Below, piece after piece: positions 1-10,273 of a stretch of 64,000 nt of DNA. Source of the stretch: Candidatus Fermentibacterota bacterium (lineage in GTDB: Bacteria; Fermentibacterota; Fermentibacteria; Fermentibacterales; JCC-6). The first letter of the stretch is position 1. The number at the start of each line of letters is the position of its first letter. The notes under the pieces were generated by a model, which did not search any database, was not told where the DNA came from, and saw nothing but the letters and a program-made list of their open reading frames with translations. The DNA is taken from assembly GCA_030592645.1 (NCBI GenBank), contig JAUVIR010000001.1:38881-102880 (forward strand), given 5' to 3'. The position numbers were made by a program, and so were the translations under genes.

Positions 1-1
1 C

Positions 2-766
2 AGAATTCATACTGACGAAAGAATTAGAAGTGGAGATATCACTACACTTCTACTTATGACAGATTCTTTCAGATCAGCATTTCAGGGATTCCTCTCCCGT
101 ATACCGAATCGTATAGGATACAGGAGGGATATGAGGGGAATTCTTCTTACAGAAGCGATAGATCCTCCTCCTGATCGCTCACATCACCATTCTCTGGATT
201 ACGAGAGGCTCGCGGTGGCGGCCGGTGCTACCGGCAAACCAATTACTCCAATGCCTGCTGTCGATGCGGAAGGCAGGCCGCATACCGCCTATTTCGCTGG
301 GGCCAGATACGGGAGCGCTAAAATGTGGCCCTGTTTCCGTGAACTTGCACAGATGATTTATTCTGCCGGAGGCCTCCCGTCCGTGTTTTACGGTTCACCT
401 GAAGAAGAACCCGTCCTCAGAGAACTATCCTCAGATTTACCGCTCTGCGAAGTGAGAACCGATCTGACACTGCCGCAATTGGTTTCTCATCTCCTTAGAG
501 CTGAGCTTGCGGTCGGAAACGATTCCGGAGGAGTGCATGTTTCAGCTCTGCTCGGAACACCTACAGTTACTATTTTCGGTTCAACTTCTTCCCGGTGGAC
601 TGCTCCTCTCGGCAGGTTCACTTCTGCTGTCAATACCAATCGACAGTGTTCACCATGTTTCAAACCTGAGTGCCCTTTCGGTCAACCTCTCTGTCTGAAT
701 GACATCTCGGCTGAAGAAGTGTTTTTCGCCTGCATGAGGCTGATGGAAACAGTTTCAGATGAATAA
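2..766 (+). CDS. ADP-heptose:LPS heptosyltransferase (glycosyltransferase family 9), C-terminal portion. The 5' end lies upstream of the window.
   Basis: The frame is open to the window edge. The motif 'LAVGNDSGGVHVSALLGTPTVTIFGSTSSRWTAPLG' is the characteristic GT9 (WaaC/WaaF-like) C-terminal nucleotide-sugar binding region. Confidence 0.7.
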   Translation, partial: RIHTDERIRSGDITTLLLMTDSFRSAFQGFLSRIPNRIGYRRDMRGILLTEAIDPPPDRSHHHSLDYERLAVAAGATGKPITPMPAVDAEGRPHTAYFAGARYGSAKMWPCFRELAQMIYSAGGLPSVFYGSPEEEPVLRELSSDLPLCEVRTDLTLPQLVSHLLRAELAVGNDSGGVHVSALLGTPTVTIFGSTSSRWTAPLGRFTSAVNTNRQCSPCFKPECPFGQPLCLNDISAEEVFFACMRLMETVSDE

Positions 767-3449
767 GAGAAAATACCTTCTTATAGACTGTAACGCACTT
801 CTTTACAGAGGGTATTTTGCCATGATGCGTTCCCCGCTCAGGGCTAAGGATGGAACCAATACAAGCGGTCTGTTTTACCTCGTTCGCGCGATCATCGATA
901 TGAAGGATTCACGGTCACCTTATGTTACTGTTGCGGTATTCGACCACCCGTCACCTGTATTCCGCGTGGAATTATACCCCGAATACAAAGCCAACCGCCC
1001 TTCGATGCCTCCGGAGCTTCGTATACAGTCGTCATATGCACGTGATTTGATACCGGCACTTGGATTCCCGCTTCTGGAGAAGGAAGGTTTTGAAGCAGAC
1101 GATATAATTGCATGGCTGACTCAGGAAGCAGTCTTAAGAGGCGAAAACGTTGAAATCCTTTCACCGGACAAAGACCTCCTTCAACTTGCCGCGGACGGTG
1201 TGACCATTATCAGGCCGGGCAGGGGAGGGGGTCGTGAAACCCTTATCGGGAAGAACGATGTTGAAAGTGTTATTGGTGTACGCGCTGATCAGGTCACGGA
1301 TTATCTTTCCCTTACGGGCGATTCCTCGGACAATATCCCGGGCGCTAAAGGTATCGGACCAAAGACGGCGCTTAAACTCATAAAGGAATTCGACAGTATC
1401 GATAGAATCTATGGATCGATTACAGAGGTCGCACCGGAATCTGTCCGGAAAAAGCTTGAGAACAGCATGGAAATGGTCTATCTCAGCAGAAAGCTTATAT
1501 CCCTGAAGCCTGCGCATTACATGGATATTTCAATTGAAGAGCTTTCAATGAAACCCCCCGATACAGAAATTGCTTCCAGATTACTTACTTCCATGGGAAT
1601 GCACAGCATACTCGATAGAATGGGATTGACCCCTGCTGGGGATCTTTTCAGCACCATCGGCAGCATGGCTTCCTCCGAATGGTGTTCCACATCCATCGTA
1701 AGAAGTATCCATGACCTCGAGAAGCTTGACCTCGTCAGCCCCCCGGACGGATTTCTGGCACTTGATACAGAGACCACGTCAAAACGCCCCTTCGGGGCTG
1801 ACCCTGTGGGATTATCCCTGACAGCATCGGAATCAAACGCAGTCTACATACCTCTATCCGGGACAGATGCTATTCTGATCGATGATGTCGTTCCGGTTCT
1901 CAAAAGGATATTGAAAGACAGGCTGATAGTGGCTCAGAACGGTAAGTACGATCTTCACATTCTTGAATCCATGGGCCTCCGGATCAACGAGTTGAAGGGA
2001 GATCCGATGATAGCGGATTACCTTCTGCGGCCAGAGATGCAGTCTCATTCCCTTTCGAACCTCTCAGTAAAGTGGCTCAAGAGACCGATGCTCGAATACA
2101 CGGATGTACTTGGAAATTCCGGAACACTGGCCGATGTTGAAACAAAAAAGGTAGCGGAGTACTGCGGCTGCGATTCGGCCACCGCCCTGGAGCTGAACAG
2201 GATTCTCAGAAAAGAACTTGAAAAGGATGAGAAGCTGCTGAAACTGTACGATACACTTGAACTCCCGCTGGTCAGGGTGATCTCGGACATGGAAAAGCGG
2301 GGCATAGGGCTTGATACAAAATCACTGAAGAAACTTGAATCGGAATTCACAGATACAAAACACGAACTTGAGGAGGAAGCCAGGATAGCTGCCGGTTTTG
2401 CAGTCAATCTCAACAGTCCTTCGCAGGTTTCACATACATTGTTCGATGTGCTGGGTCTTACTCCTGTGAAAAAGACCGGTAAGGGTAAATTCTCGTCCAA
2501 TATAGAGGTACTCGAAAAACTGAGGGGGAAGCACAGGTTTGTAGAAACGGTTATTCAGCACAGAGAACTTTCCAAGCTTCTTAACACTTACATCAAGAAA
2601 TTACCTGGATACATCTGCGGGAGAGACGGGATGATACATACTTCTTTCAGTCAGACCGTTACAGCTACCGGAAGGCTGAGTTCGAGCAATCCCAACCTTC
2701 AGAATATCCCCATCAGAACGGAAAGAGGACGCGAGGTGAGAAGATGCTTCGTGCCAGGAGATGAAAATCAGGTACTAATTACCGCCGACTATTCGCAGAT
2801 CGAGCTGCGCATTCTTGCGCATTTCGCAGGACCGGGGAATCTCAGGCAGGCCTACGAAGAGAATAAGGACATACACAGTGCAACCGCTGAGGCTATTTTC
2901 GGCGACGCGGCGCCGCAGCACAGACGGAAAGCCAAGGAAGTCAATTTCTCGATTCTTTACGGCATAAGTTCGTGGGGACTTAGCAACAGGTTGAATATCA
3001 GCAGGGGGGAAGCTGCGGGTATAATAACCAGATACCTTGAGACCTACCCTGAACTTGAATCCTTTTTCAGCAGATGTATAGAGTACGCGGAGGAACATGA
3101 GGAAACAAGGACGATTCTTGGACGAAGACGTGAGTTCAAGGGTTTCAGGTCCGCAAAGGGAACCACCAGGAACGCAATGGAGCGCATGGTGATAAACACG
3201 ACGGTTCAGGGATCAGCCGCAGATATCATAAAGATAGCGATGCTGAAAGTTGACCGAAAACTGCAGGATACAGCGGACTCGGGGCTCGTTCTTCAGGTTC
3301 ATGATGAACTTGTTGCAGCGGCTCCGGCGAACTCCGCAGAGCAGGTTGCAGCAATTATCAGAAGTGAAATGGAATCGGCGTACGAACTCGCAGTTCCGCT
3401 TGTTGTCGACACAGGAATCGGCAGGAACTGGCTGGAAGCCCAGCACTGA
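759..3449 (+). CDS. polA: DNA polymerase I, with 5'-3' exonuclease, 3'-5' exonuclease and family A polymerase domains.
   Basis: 896 aa. The N-terminal FEN-like region has 'LIDCNALLYRGYFA' and the helix-hairpin-helix 'DNIPGAKGIGPKTALKLI'. The polymerase motifs 'RLSSSNPNLQNIP', 'ADYSQIELRILAHF' and 'QVHDELV' are present. Confidence 0.96.
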   Translation: MNKRKYLLIDCNALLYRGYFAMMRSPLRAKDGTNTSGLFYLVRAIIDMKDSRSPYVTVAVFDHPSPVFRVELYPEYKANRPSMPPELRIQSSYARDLIPALGFPLLEKEGFEADDIIAWLTQEAVLRGENVEILSPDKDLLQLAADGVTIIRPGRGGGRETLIGKNDVESVIGVRADQVTDYLSLTGDSSDNIPGAKGIGPKTALKLIKEFDSIDRIYGSITEVAPESVRKKLENSMEMVYLSRKLISLKPAHYMDISIEELSMKPPDTEIASRLLTSMGMHSILDRMGLTPAGDLFSTIGSMASSEWCSTSIVRSIHDLEKLDLVSPPDGFLALDTETTSKRPFGADPVGLSLTASESNAVYIPLSGTDAILIDDVVPVLKRILKDRLIVAQNGKYDLHILESMGLRINELKGDPMIADYLLRPEMQSHSLSNLSVKWLKRPMLEYTDVLGNSGTLADVETKKVAEYCGCDSATALELNRILRKELEKDEKLLKLYDTLELPLVRVISDMEKRGIGLDTKSLKKLESEFTDTKHELEEEARIAAGFAVNLNSPSQVSHTLFDVLGLTPVKKTGKGKFSSNIEVLEKLRGKHRFVETVIQHRELSKLLNTYIKKLPGYICGRDGMIHTSFSQTVTATGRLSSSNPNLQNIPIRTERGREVRRCFVPGDENQVLITADYSQIELRILAHFAGPGNLRQAYEENKDIHSATAEAIFGDAAPQHRRKAKEVNFSILYGISSWGLSNRLNISRGEAAGIITRYLETYPELESFFSRCIEYAEEHEETRTILGRRREFKGFRSAKGTTRNAMERMVINTTVQGSAADIIKIAMLKVDRKLQDTADSGLVLQVHDELVAAAPANSAEQVAAIIRSEMESAYELAVPLVVDTGIGRNWLEAQH

Positions 3450-3469
3450 TAAATAGTGTTATTAGTGAA

Positions 3470-4039
3470 CTAGCTGTTAAATTCAGGTTTGATGCTTGTA
3501 CCGGTCGTTGCAAGCCATTTTCTCCTTTGAATCTCCGAAGCGATAACAGCCGCAATACTTGATACATTGATGCATTTCCTTATTCCGGATTGCGGATAAT
3601 AGATGCTGATATCCGCCATACCGGCAAGAGCAGTACTGAGCCCATCGGCTTCATTCCCGAACATGAACGCGCTTGAGAGGTCATATTCAGCTTCCCAGAG
3701 GGGAACAGCATCTTCTGAATTCTCTACGGCTACCAGCATCCGACCGCTCTCTTTTGCCCATACCGCAGCATCTTCAGCCTTTTTGAAATATCTCCAGGGA
3801 ACAGTTGCATACGTTCCCCTTGATGTATGACTCAGCTTTCGGTTCCCAGGCCTGCAGCAGATCCCCGTCAGAAAAACCGCAGCCGGGTACAGCGCTTCTG
3901 CAGTCCTGAAAACGGATCCTACATTGAAAGCGCTCCGCAGGTTATCAAGTATGAACAGAGGCATACCACTTGAACTGCATAGCGATTCTGAGTAAACTGA
4001 TGGTACAATGGTTTTAAGCAAAACACTCTTCCTGTTCAC
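3470..4039 (-). CDS. SpoU/TrmH-family RNA 2'-O-methyltransferase, TrmL-like. The true start is probably the internal Met at about position 3964.
   Basis: The SPOUT motif 'LDNLRSAFNVGSVFRTAEAL' and a C-terminal 'FMFGNEADGLS...NVSSIAAVIASE' collinear with E. coli TrmL. The longest ORF overlaps the comEC start by 32 bp, and the internal start removes this overlap. Confidence 0.75.
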   Translation of the reverse strand: MNRKSVLLKTIVPSVYSESLCSSSGMPLFILDNLRSAFNVGSVFRTAEALYPAAVFLTGICCRPGNRKLSHTSRGTYATVPWRYFKKAEDAAVWAKESGRMLVAVENSEDAVPLWEAEYDLSSAFMFGNEADGLSTALAGMADISIYYPQSGIRKCINVSSIAAVIASEIQRRKWLATTGTSIKPEFNS

Positions 4040-5303
4040 TGTTCTTTTTCTGGCAGGGTATTATACACCCTTTCAGTGCTTCTCTCAAATATGGATAGCC
4101 GCCCTTCCAGCCGGGATAATTCTAATTGCTGCAGGCCTTAGAAAAGGCGGGATAATAGTTCTCTGTTCGATCTCATTTCTTGCAGGGGCATCTATTTATA
4201 CAGGAAACAGCGAACTTGCAGCTGATTCGGCAACTGCAGCGGGTGTATGGCGATGCCGCGTTGAAACTACCACAACGGCCGGGGCAATTCTTGCAAATGA
4301 TTCCTGGAATACCGTCTGGGCATCCGGCAGGCGGCTTGCAGGCTCCGTAAGCAGGGGGGATTCGATAATAATAATCGGTTCTGTTAATGAAGGATTCATG
4401 GATAGTTACACATTCTTTGCCATTCCTTCAACGCTCCTGCAGGATCGTCTGCGGAAAGCTGTCACTGCGAGTCTATCCGCAAGAATCGCATCGCGGGAAA
4501 CAAGTTCACTTGTATCAGCGCTTCTTGTTGGAGAAAGGGGTAATCTTCCGCAGGAGGTTCGCAGGGTTTTCAGGGATACAGGCACTTCTCACCTTCTGGC
4601 GCTCTCGGGTATGCATGTCGGCATTCTCTCAGGCTTAATGCTGATCATATTTCGAAAGCTATTCGGAAAAGGATGGCTTTCGATATTTGCGGTAATTCTC
4701 ACAACATTCATTTACGTATTCGTATCCGGAGCAAGGGCATCTACTGTACGAGCAGGGCTTATGCTTCTTCTCGTAATTGTCGTATGGAATTCATCAGGTA
4801 GAAGGCCTGAACTACTCTTCGTATGGTCAATTGCTGTTATCGTACTAACTGCCGTATCGAATGGCGATGTTCTTAATGACACAGGGGCACAGATGTCATT
4901 CGGCGCGGTTCTCAGCCTGATAATCCTTGGAAGGAATTTCCGCTGCAGGGCATCATGGATCCTTTCAATAGCTTATGCGGGCGTTGTGGTAACCATTGCC
5001 CTGGCTCCTCTGGTCTCATTCAGATACGGAGGGCTTTGTCCTGTAGCTCCTGTTGCCACAGTCATCTCGTTCCCTTTTATGCTGGCAACAATGATAACCG
5101 GGTTCGCTGTACTTCTGGGTCCTCTTGCTCCGGCAGCATCACTGCTGTCCGAATGGGTTGTTTTCGTATGGCTTGCTGTTCTGAGTATTCTGGAATGCGG
5201 TACGATAATTTTCCAGCAATGGATGTACTGGCTGTGGCCCTTCTGTCTTATTGCCCTATGGCTGTTCGCCGGAAGGAGGGGTTTCAGCAGGAGGTTCAGA
5301 TGA
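4008..5303 (+). CDS. comEC: ComEC/Rec2-family competence membrane protein. It has the competence domain only, with no metallo-beta-lactamase domain.
   Basis: A polytopic membrane protein. The motif 'LALSGMHVGILSGLMLIIF' matches the ComEC competence-domain signature (LSGxHV). Confidence 0.7.
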   Translation: MVLSKTLFLFTVLFLAGYYTPFQCFSQIWIAALPAGIILIAAGLRKGGIIVLCSISFLAGASIYTGNSELAADSATAAGVWRCRVETTTTAGAILANDSWNTVWASGRRLAGSVSRGDSIIIIGSVNEGFMDSYTFFAIPSTLLQDRLRKAVTASLSARIASRETSSLVSALLVGERGNLPQEVRRVFRDTGTSHLLALSGMHVGILSGLMLIIFRKLFGKGWLSIFAVILTTFIYVFVSGARASTVRAGLMLLLVIVVWNSSGRRPELLFVWSIAVIVLTAVSNGDVLNDTGAQMSFGAVLSLIILGRNFRCRASWILSIAYAGVVVTIALAPLVSFRYGGLCPVAPVATVISFPFMLATMITGFAVLLGPLAPAASLLSEWVVFVWLAVLSILECGTIIFQQWMYWLWPFCLIALWLFAGRRGFSRRFR

Positions 5304-6020
5304 ATAGTCCGCAGCAAAAGGTTCGATCAGCGGTGTTTCCTCAAGGATCTCAAAGACAATCTGGATGTTTCCCTCATTATCCATGGCATCTTCCATGGCA
5401 TCGAGTCCTGTAGCCTGGATGATGCCGCCAAGTGGGAGAGGGAGTATAAGAGTATCACCCGGAAGCATTCCATAGGCTTCTCTGTATTCACCTCTGGTTT
5501 TGACTATCAGGATAACAAGCCCATCGTATCCGCTAAGAGCGTCTCCCCGGGAAACAGCTCTGTAAATACCCGGAGCCATCTGAATGCTTCTAGCCCGTTC
5601 AAGGATACTTAGATGGTAGGCTGCGGAAACAGTTACCGAAGGAACAACATCAGGTATAACAGGAAGGAACCTGACCGTATCCGAAACTGTAGGAGTTGTT
5701 ATGATGATAGAAACAGAATCTTCAAGGCCGGGATAAGGCTGCCATGTCACGCTTCTGCCCATGGCAACGATATCTCCGGTTTCAATGAATGTCCCGTGAG
5801 AGCATTCCCACTTTGCTTCGTTACCATCGGGAAGAATAGTCGAGAAAGTTGTTGTTCTACCGCCCTCAAGATTCATCGAAGCAACTATATGAAGGGGATT
5901 CTGCTCCTGACCGCTGCACTGCGAAGCAAGCCAAAGCACAAGAACAGCCGCAGGGAGGGCAAACGGAAGGACGAGAGTAAGGAACCTCATGTATTTTTTT
6001 CTTCGTTTGTTTTTCATCAT
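5256..6020 (-). CDS. Hypothetical secreted protein with a Pro/Glu-rich C-terminus.
   Basis: An N-terminal basic and hydrophobic signal ('MMKNKRRKKYMRFLTLVLPFALPAAVLVLWLA'). I recognise no family for it. Confidence 0.4.
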   Translation of the reverse strand: MMKNKRRKKYMRFLTLVLPFALPAAVLVLWLASQCSGQEQNPLHIVASMNLEGGRTTTFSTILPDGNEAKWECSHGTFIETGDIVAMGRSVTWQPYPGLEDSVSIIITTPTVSDTVRFLPVIPDVVPSVTVSAAYHLSILERARSIQMAPGIYRAVSRGDALSGYDGLVILIVKTRGEYREAYGMLPGDTLILPLPLGGIIQATGLDAMEDAMDNEGNIQIVFEILEETPLIEPFAADYSSEPPAETPPSGEQP

Positions 6021-6096
6021 AGGGGAAATATGATTATAATTTCTTCCTGGAGAAACCCTTTAACAACACTGGCTGTTTTATTCGAAAGGCAGATTC

Positions 6097-7137
6097 ATGA
6101 ATAACGACTCAGCGGTTACGGACATTCTCCTTAAGCTTCTGCAGACAAGAAGCGTTTCGGGGCATACAGAGGAAGCGATGATAATTATCGAGGAAAGATT
6201 CAATAAGCTCGGGCTGAAAACGGAATTAACCAGAAAGGGAAGTCTTCTTGCTACCCTCGGGGGAAAGGTCAGCGAAGGCATTGTCCTGTCTGCTCATATG
6301 GATACTCTCGGAGGCATGATCAGCGGAATAGAAGAGGGAAGCGGGAAAATAGAGCTTCGCACCATCGGCTCATATACAATGTCCAGCATCGAGGGAGAAT
6401 ACTGCAGGGTCGAAACCTTCTCCGGGAAGCTTTTCAATGGAACAGTTCTATTTGATAATACATCTGTTCATGCTCACGGAATGGAAGACGCATCGGCAAA
6501 GCGTGAGAAAAAGAACATGTACTTGAGGCTTGATGAGGAGGTATCGAGCGGGGAAGATATCCGGAAACTTGGAATCTCCGTTGGAAATTACATTCATTTC
6601 GATCCGAGACCCGTATTGACTGGATCAGGATTCATCAAATCAAGACATCTGGATGACAAGGCGGGCGTAGCGATACTGCTGAAGGTTGCTGAAGATCTTG
6701 TTTCCCGGAATATTATTCCTTCCCGCACACTTCATTTCCTGGTAACCGGATACGAGGAAGTAGGCCATGGCGCAGCGGGTTATCTTCCGGATGATCTGAT
6801 CGAGTTCATTGCTGTTGATATGGGAGTTGCCGGACCTGGCCGTGAATCTGCAGAAGATAAGGTAACTATCTGCGCCGCGGACAGCACAGGCCCATTCAAC
6901 TATCTCCTGACGAAAGATCTGATAGCAACGGCAGAAGCTGAATCAATTCCCTATGCGGTTGATACTTTCCCGCATTACGGGTCAGACGCCGCAGTCGCAC
7001 TGCGGGCGGGTCTGGATGTAAGGCATGCGCTGATAGGCCCTGGAGTCGACTCCTCGCACGCAATGGAAAGAACGCATATAAAAGCCCTCAGGGCGACTAT
7101 AGACCTGATAACAGCCTATGTCAGCGATGTTAAGTAA
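6097..7137 (+). CDS. M42-family metallo-aminopeptidase (FrvX/YsdC/glutamyl-aminopeptidase-like).
   Basis: 346 aa. The motifs 'SAHMDTLG', 'SRHLDDKAGVAILL' and 'TGYEEVGHGAAG' are metal-ligand blocks typical of M42 peptidases. Confidence 0.8.
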   Translation: MNNDSAVTDILLKLLQTRSVSGHTEEAMIIIEERFNKLGLKTELTRKGSLLATLGGKVSEGIVLSAHMDTLGGMISGIEEGSGKIELRTIGSYTMSSIEGEYCRVETFSGKLFNGTVLFDNTSVHAHGMEDASAKREKKNMYLRLDEEVSSGEDIRKLGISVGNYIHFDPRPVLTGSGFIKSRHLDDKAGVAILLKVAEDLVSRNIIPSRTLHFLVTGYEEVGHGAAGYLPDDLIEFIAVDMGVAGPGRESAEDKVTICAADSTGPFNYLLTKDLIATAEAESIPYAVDTFPHYGSDAAVALRAGLDVRHALIGPGVDSSHAMERTHIKALRATIDLITAYVSDVK

Positions 7138-8776
7138 CCGCTGCGTGCTATTCACTCTTCTTTTCTGTTTATCCGGAAATATGTTTGCTTTCGTATACGA
7201 AACCGGTCCCGGCATGGCTTACGAGAACATCGGTGATGTACCACTTGAAAGCCTGCTCCCCGGAGACACTGTTCTCATTCATTACAGGGACGATCCTTAC
7301 TGCGAAAAGTGGGTTATTGCCCGAACGGGAACTCCTTCTGAGAATATAGTTTTTCTGGGAGTACCCGGGCCGGGTGGCGAGCTACCGGTGATTGACGGGC
7401 GAAATGCAATTACCAGGCTTGAACTTGATTACTGGTCGGAGGGGAGAGGGGTCATTAATTTTGGAGGGTCCAGTATCCCGAATCAGGAGCCCGATTATGT
7501 GATAATAGAGAATCTGGAAATAAGAAGCGGACGCTCCCCGTTCACTTTTACTGATGATAACGGACAGCCCGGCAGCTATTCGGATAATGCTGCTTCGATA
7601 TATCTGGTCTCCGGAGAGCATATCACAATAAGAAATTGCGTTCTCCACGATTGCGGTAACGGATTATTCTCTTCACACGAATCGGGTGATATCACAATTG
7701 AATACTGCCATATATACGATAACGGTATTGAAGGCAGTATCTTTCATCATAATAATTACACCGAATCACAGGGTATAATATTTCAGTACAATCACTTCGG
7801 TCCTCTTAGGAGCGGGTGTGCGGGGAATAACCTCAAAGACCGTTCCTGTGGAACTGTAATTAGATATAACTGGATCGAAAGCGGCAACAGGCAATTGGAT
7901 CTCGTGGACTCATCGTATCCTGAAATTTACAATGATCCATCGTACCCCGAAACTTTCGTTTACGGCAATATCCTTATTGAACAGTACAACGAGGGGAACA
8001 GTCAGATATCTCATTACGGCGGAGACGGTTCCAATCCGGATTATTACAGGAAGGGGATACTGTATTTCTACAGCAATACTGTAATATCCAACCGCAGCGG
8101 GAATACAACTCTTTTCAGATTATCCACGAACGCCGAAAGCGCTGACGCAAGAAACAATATCGTATATGTGACGGACAGCGGTAGCGGACTGGCATTACTG
8201 GACACCTACGGTATTCTTAATATCAGGAACAACTGGTTTAAAACCGGCTGGGTTGAAACTCATCAGAGCGGTTTTCAGGGGACAGTTATCAATGCAGGAG
8301 GCATGGTCACAGGTGAACTTCCCGGATTTTGCAGTCCGGGGTCGGAAGATTTCCACCTTGAATGGGATTCTCAATGCATCAATGCGGGAACATCGCTTCA
8401 TCCGGATGTTCTTCCCGGGCATGATGTACTGGCTCAATACGTGAAGCATTGTCAGCATGAAACCAGACCGTATGACGGTATTTTCGACATAGGAGCTTAC
8501 GAGTATCAGAGTACCGGGATCGGCAGTGAGGAATTCGAGTCCGGCACCGCATATCCGCTGAATGTGCACAGAGAAGGCGAGTACATTGTATTTTGCGGTC
8601 TGGAGGCGGGATCAGCAATAAAGCTGTTCAACATCACCGGCAGGCTCCTTCACAGTTCGGGAGTTACATGGACCGAAGAGTATAGATGGAATACGAGCGG
8701 TGTTCCAGATGGTATGTACATGTTCCTGCTGGACGCAGGTGAAACAATACAGGGCAAATTCGTTCTCATGAAGTGA
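7118..8776 (+). CDS. Secreted right-handed beta-helix (pectate-lyase-fold) protein with a T9SS C-terminal sorting domain.
   Basis: A signal peptide, then repeated 'NxxxHDCGNG' and 'IYDNGIEG' beta-helix turns. The C-terminal roughly 70 aa ('YIVFCGLEAGSAIKLFNITGRLLHSSG...GMYMFLLDAG...GKFVLMK') resemble the Por secretion tail (TIGR04183-like). Confidence 0.6.
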   Translation: MSAMLSNRCVLFTLLFCLSGNMFAFVYETGPGMAYENIGDVPLESLLPGDTVLIHYRDDPYCEKWVIARTGTPSENIVFLGVPGPGGELPVIDGRNAITRLELDYWSEGRGVINFGGSSIPNQEPDYVIIENLEIRSGRSPFTFTDDNGQPGSYSDNAASIYLVSGEHITIRNCVLHDCGNGLFSSHESGDITIEYCHIYDNGIEGSIFHHNNYTESQGIIFQYNHFGPLRSGCAGNNLKDRSCGTVIRYNWIESGNRQLDLVDSSYPEIYNDPSYPETFVYGNILIEQYNEGNSQISHYGGDGSNPDYYRKGILYFYSNTVISNRSGNTTLFRLSTNAESADARNNIVYVTDSGSGLALLDTYGILNIRNNWFKTGWVETHQSGFQGTVINAGGMVTGELPGFCSPGSEDFHLEWDSQCINAGTSLHPDVLPGHDVLAQYVKHCQHETRPYDGIFDIGAYEYQSTGIGSEEFESGTAYPLNVHREGEYIVFCGLEAGSAIKLFNITGRLLHSSGVTWTEEYRWNTSGVPDGMYMFLLDAGETIQGKFVLMK

Positions 8777-8783
8777 ATCTGTA

Positions 8784-9332
8784 CTAACCGCCCAGAATGA
8801 TGTCCACAGCTGAGGAGATATTTTCCGTGATTTTCCAGGGCCTGATCCAGCCCTCCGCATTTATCTTTCTTAACTGATCCTCTCCGCGGCCTGTAAGAAC
8901 AAGAAGCGTCTTCAAACCGGCCCTTCTGCCAAGTTCCATATCCGAATCAGCATCACCGACGATATATCCTCCATCAGGCAGGCTAAGCTCCCTTCTTGCG
9001 GATTCAATCATACCTGTACGCGGTTTTCTGCATTCACATTCATCATCCGGATGATGCGGACAGTAGTAAATGCCGGATATCATCCCCCCGGCGCTGTATA
9101 CCAGGTTTATAAGATGCCGATGTATCTCCTGCACATCAGAGACAGTGCAGTACTTTCTGGCAATAGCTGACTGGTTCGTCAGGACTATCACAGGGTGTCC
9201 GGCATTACTTAGTTTTGCCAGAGCTTCAATGGCTCCGGGAATAGGGAGCCATTCTTTGAGTGATCTGACATAATCGACCCTGTTCAGGTTGATAACACCG
9301 TCCCTGTCAAGAAATACCGGCTCAGCTCCCAT
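8784..9332 (-). CDS. gmhB: D-glycero-D-manno-heptose 1,7-bisphosphate phosphatase.
   Basis: The HAD motifs 'FLDRDGVIN' and 'VLTNQSAIARK', together with the Zn-binding 'CPHHPDDECECRKP' insert typical of GmhB. Confidence 0.88.
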   Translation of the reverse strand: MGAEPVFLDRDGVINLNRVDYVRSLKEWLPIPGAIEALAKLSNAGHPVIVLTNQSAIARKYCTVSDVQEIHRHLINLVYSAGGMISGIYYCPHHPDDECECRKPRTGMIESARRELSLPDGGYIVGDADSDMELGRRAGLKTLLVLTGRGEDQLRKINAEGWIRPWKITENISSAVDIILGG

Positions 9333-10273
9333 CAGCCAGAGGCCAGTTTTGCGCGGTGATAGGCAACAAGATCTTTCAAACCGTTTTCGAATTTTATCTC
9401 AGGGTTCCATCCCAGAACAGTTTTTGCTTTTGAGCTGTCCAGGGCGATCTTCAGAATCTCCTCCGGCAGGGAGGGGCCGAATGATGGTTTACAATCGGAC
9501 CCGGCATAGCCTCGTATGATACTGTCGAGTTCTATTACAGATCTGCCGATGCCGAAACCGATATTGAATATTTCTCCTGAAATATCAGTTCTTTCAAGGT
9601 CCATGCACATCCAGTTGGCCCTTGCTATATCTTTTACATGCACATAATCCCTCAGCTGCATACCATCTCCGTTGATGACCGGCGGTGCGCCGGTAAGGTA
9701 TGCAAGTGTAAATATAGCTGTTACACCGGCCTCTCCATACGGGTTCTGCCTGGGTCCGTAAACGTTAGGATATCGGAGAATAACGTAATCCATCCCGTAC
9801 AGATACCTGTAAAGGAAAAGGTAATGCTCCACTGTATGCTTGCTTATACCGTAATGGCAGATGGGATTCACGGAATGTTCTTCCTTCACTGGAATATTCT
9901 CGGGCTGCCCGTAAACTGCACCGCCCGTGGATGCGTATACTATTCTTTTTACCCCGCCGGTTCGTGCCGCTTCAAGGATATTGAGAGTTCCCTTTATGTT
10001 CACATCAGCATCGAAAAGAGGTTCCCTGACGGACCTTCTAACATCCATCTGAGCCGCATGATGGCAGATGATATCGAAGCCGCCGCTGGAAATAAGTTTA
10101 AAAGCGGATTCGCTTCTGATATCCATTTCATGGAAACGGGCCTTGGGGTTTATGTTATCCATGAATCCTGTGGACAGGTTGTCCAGTATATGGACTTCAC
10201 ATTCCTTCTCCAGAAGGAAATCAGTGATATTTGAACCAATAAAACCGGCTCCCCCTGTGATCAATACCTTCAT
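9332..10273 (-). CDS. NAD-dependent epimerase/dehydratase of the extended SDR family, either GalE-like or ADP-heptose 6-epimerase-like.
   Basis: 'MKVLITGGAGFIGSN' is a Rossmann motif and 'YGISK' is the catalytic YxxxK. The gene overlaps gmhB by one nucleotide, consistent with a role in the heptose pathway. Confidence 0.75.
   Translation of the reverse strand: MKVLITGGAGFIGSNITDFLLEKECEVHILDNLSTGFMDNINPKARFHEMDIRSESAFKLISSGGFDIICHHAAQMDVRRSVREPLFDADVNIKGTLNILEAARTGGVKRIVYASTGGAVYGQPENIPVKEEHSVNPICHYGISKHTVEHYLFLYRYLYGMDYVILRYPNVYGPRQNPYGEAGVTAIFTLAYLTGAPPVINGDGMQLRDYVHVKDIARANWMCMDLERTDISGEIFNIGFGIGRSVIELDSIIRGYAGSDCKPSFGPSLPEEILKIALDSSKAKTVLGWNPEIKFENGLKDLVAYHRAKLASG

Noticed and set aside
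925-2500. Several 64- to 151-aa minus-strand ORFs inside polA.
   Set aside because: They are antisense to a very well-supported polA frame, with low-complexity Ser-rich translations. Spurious.
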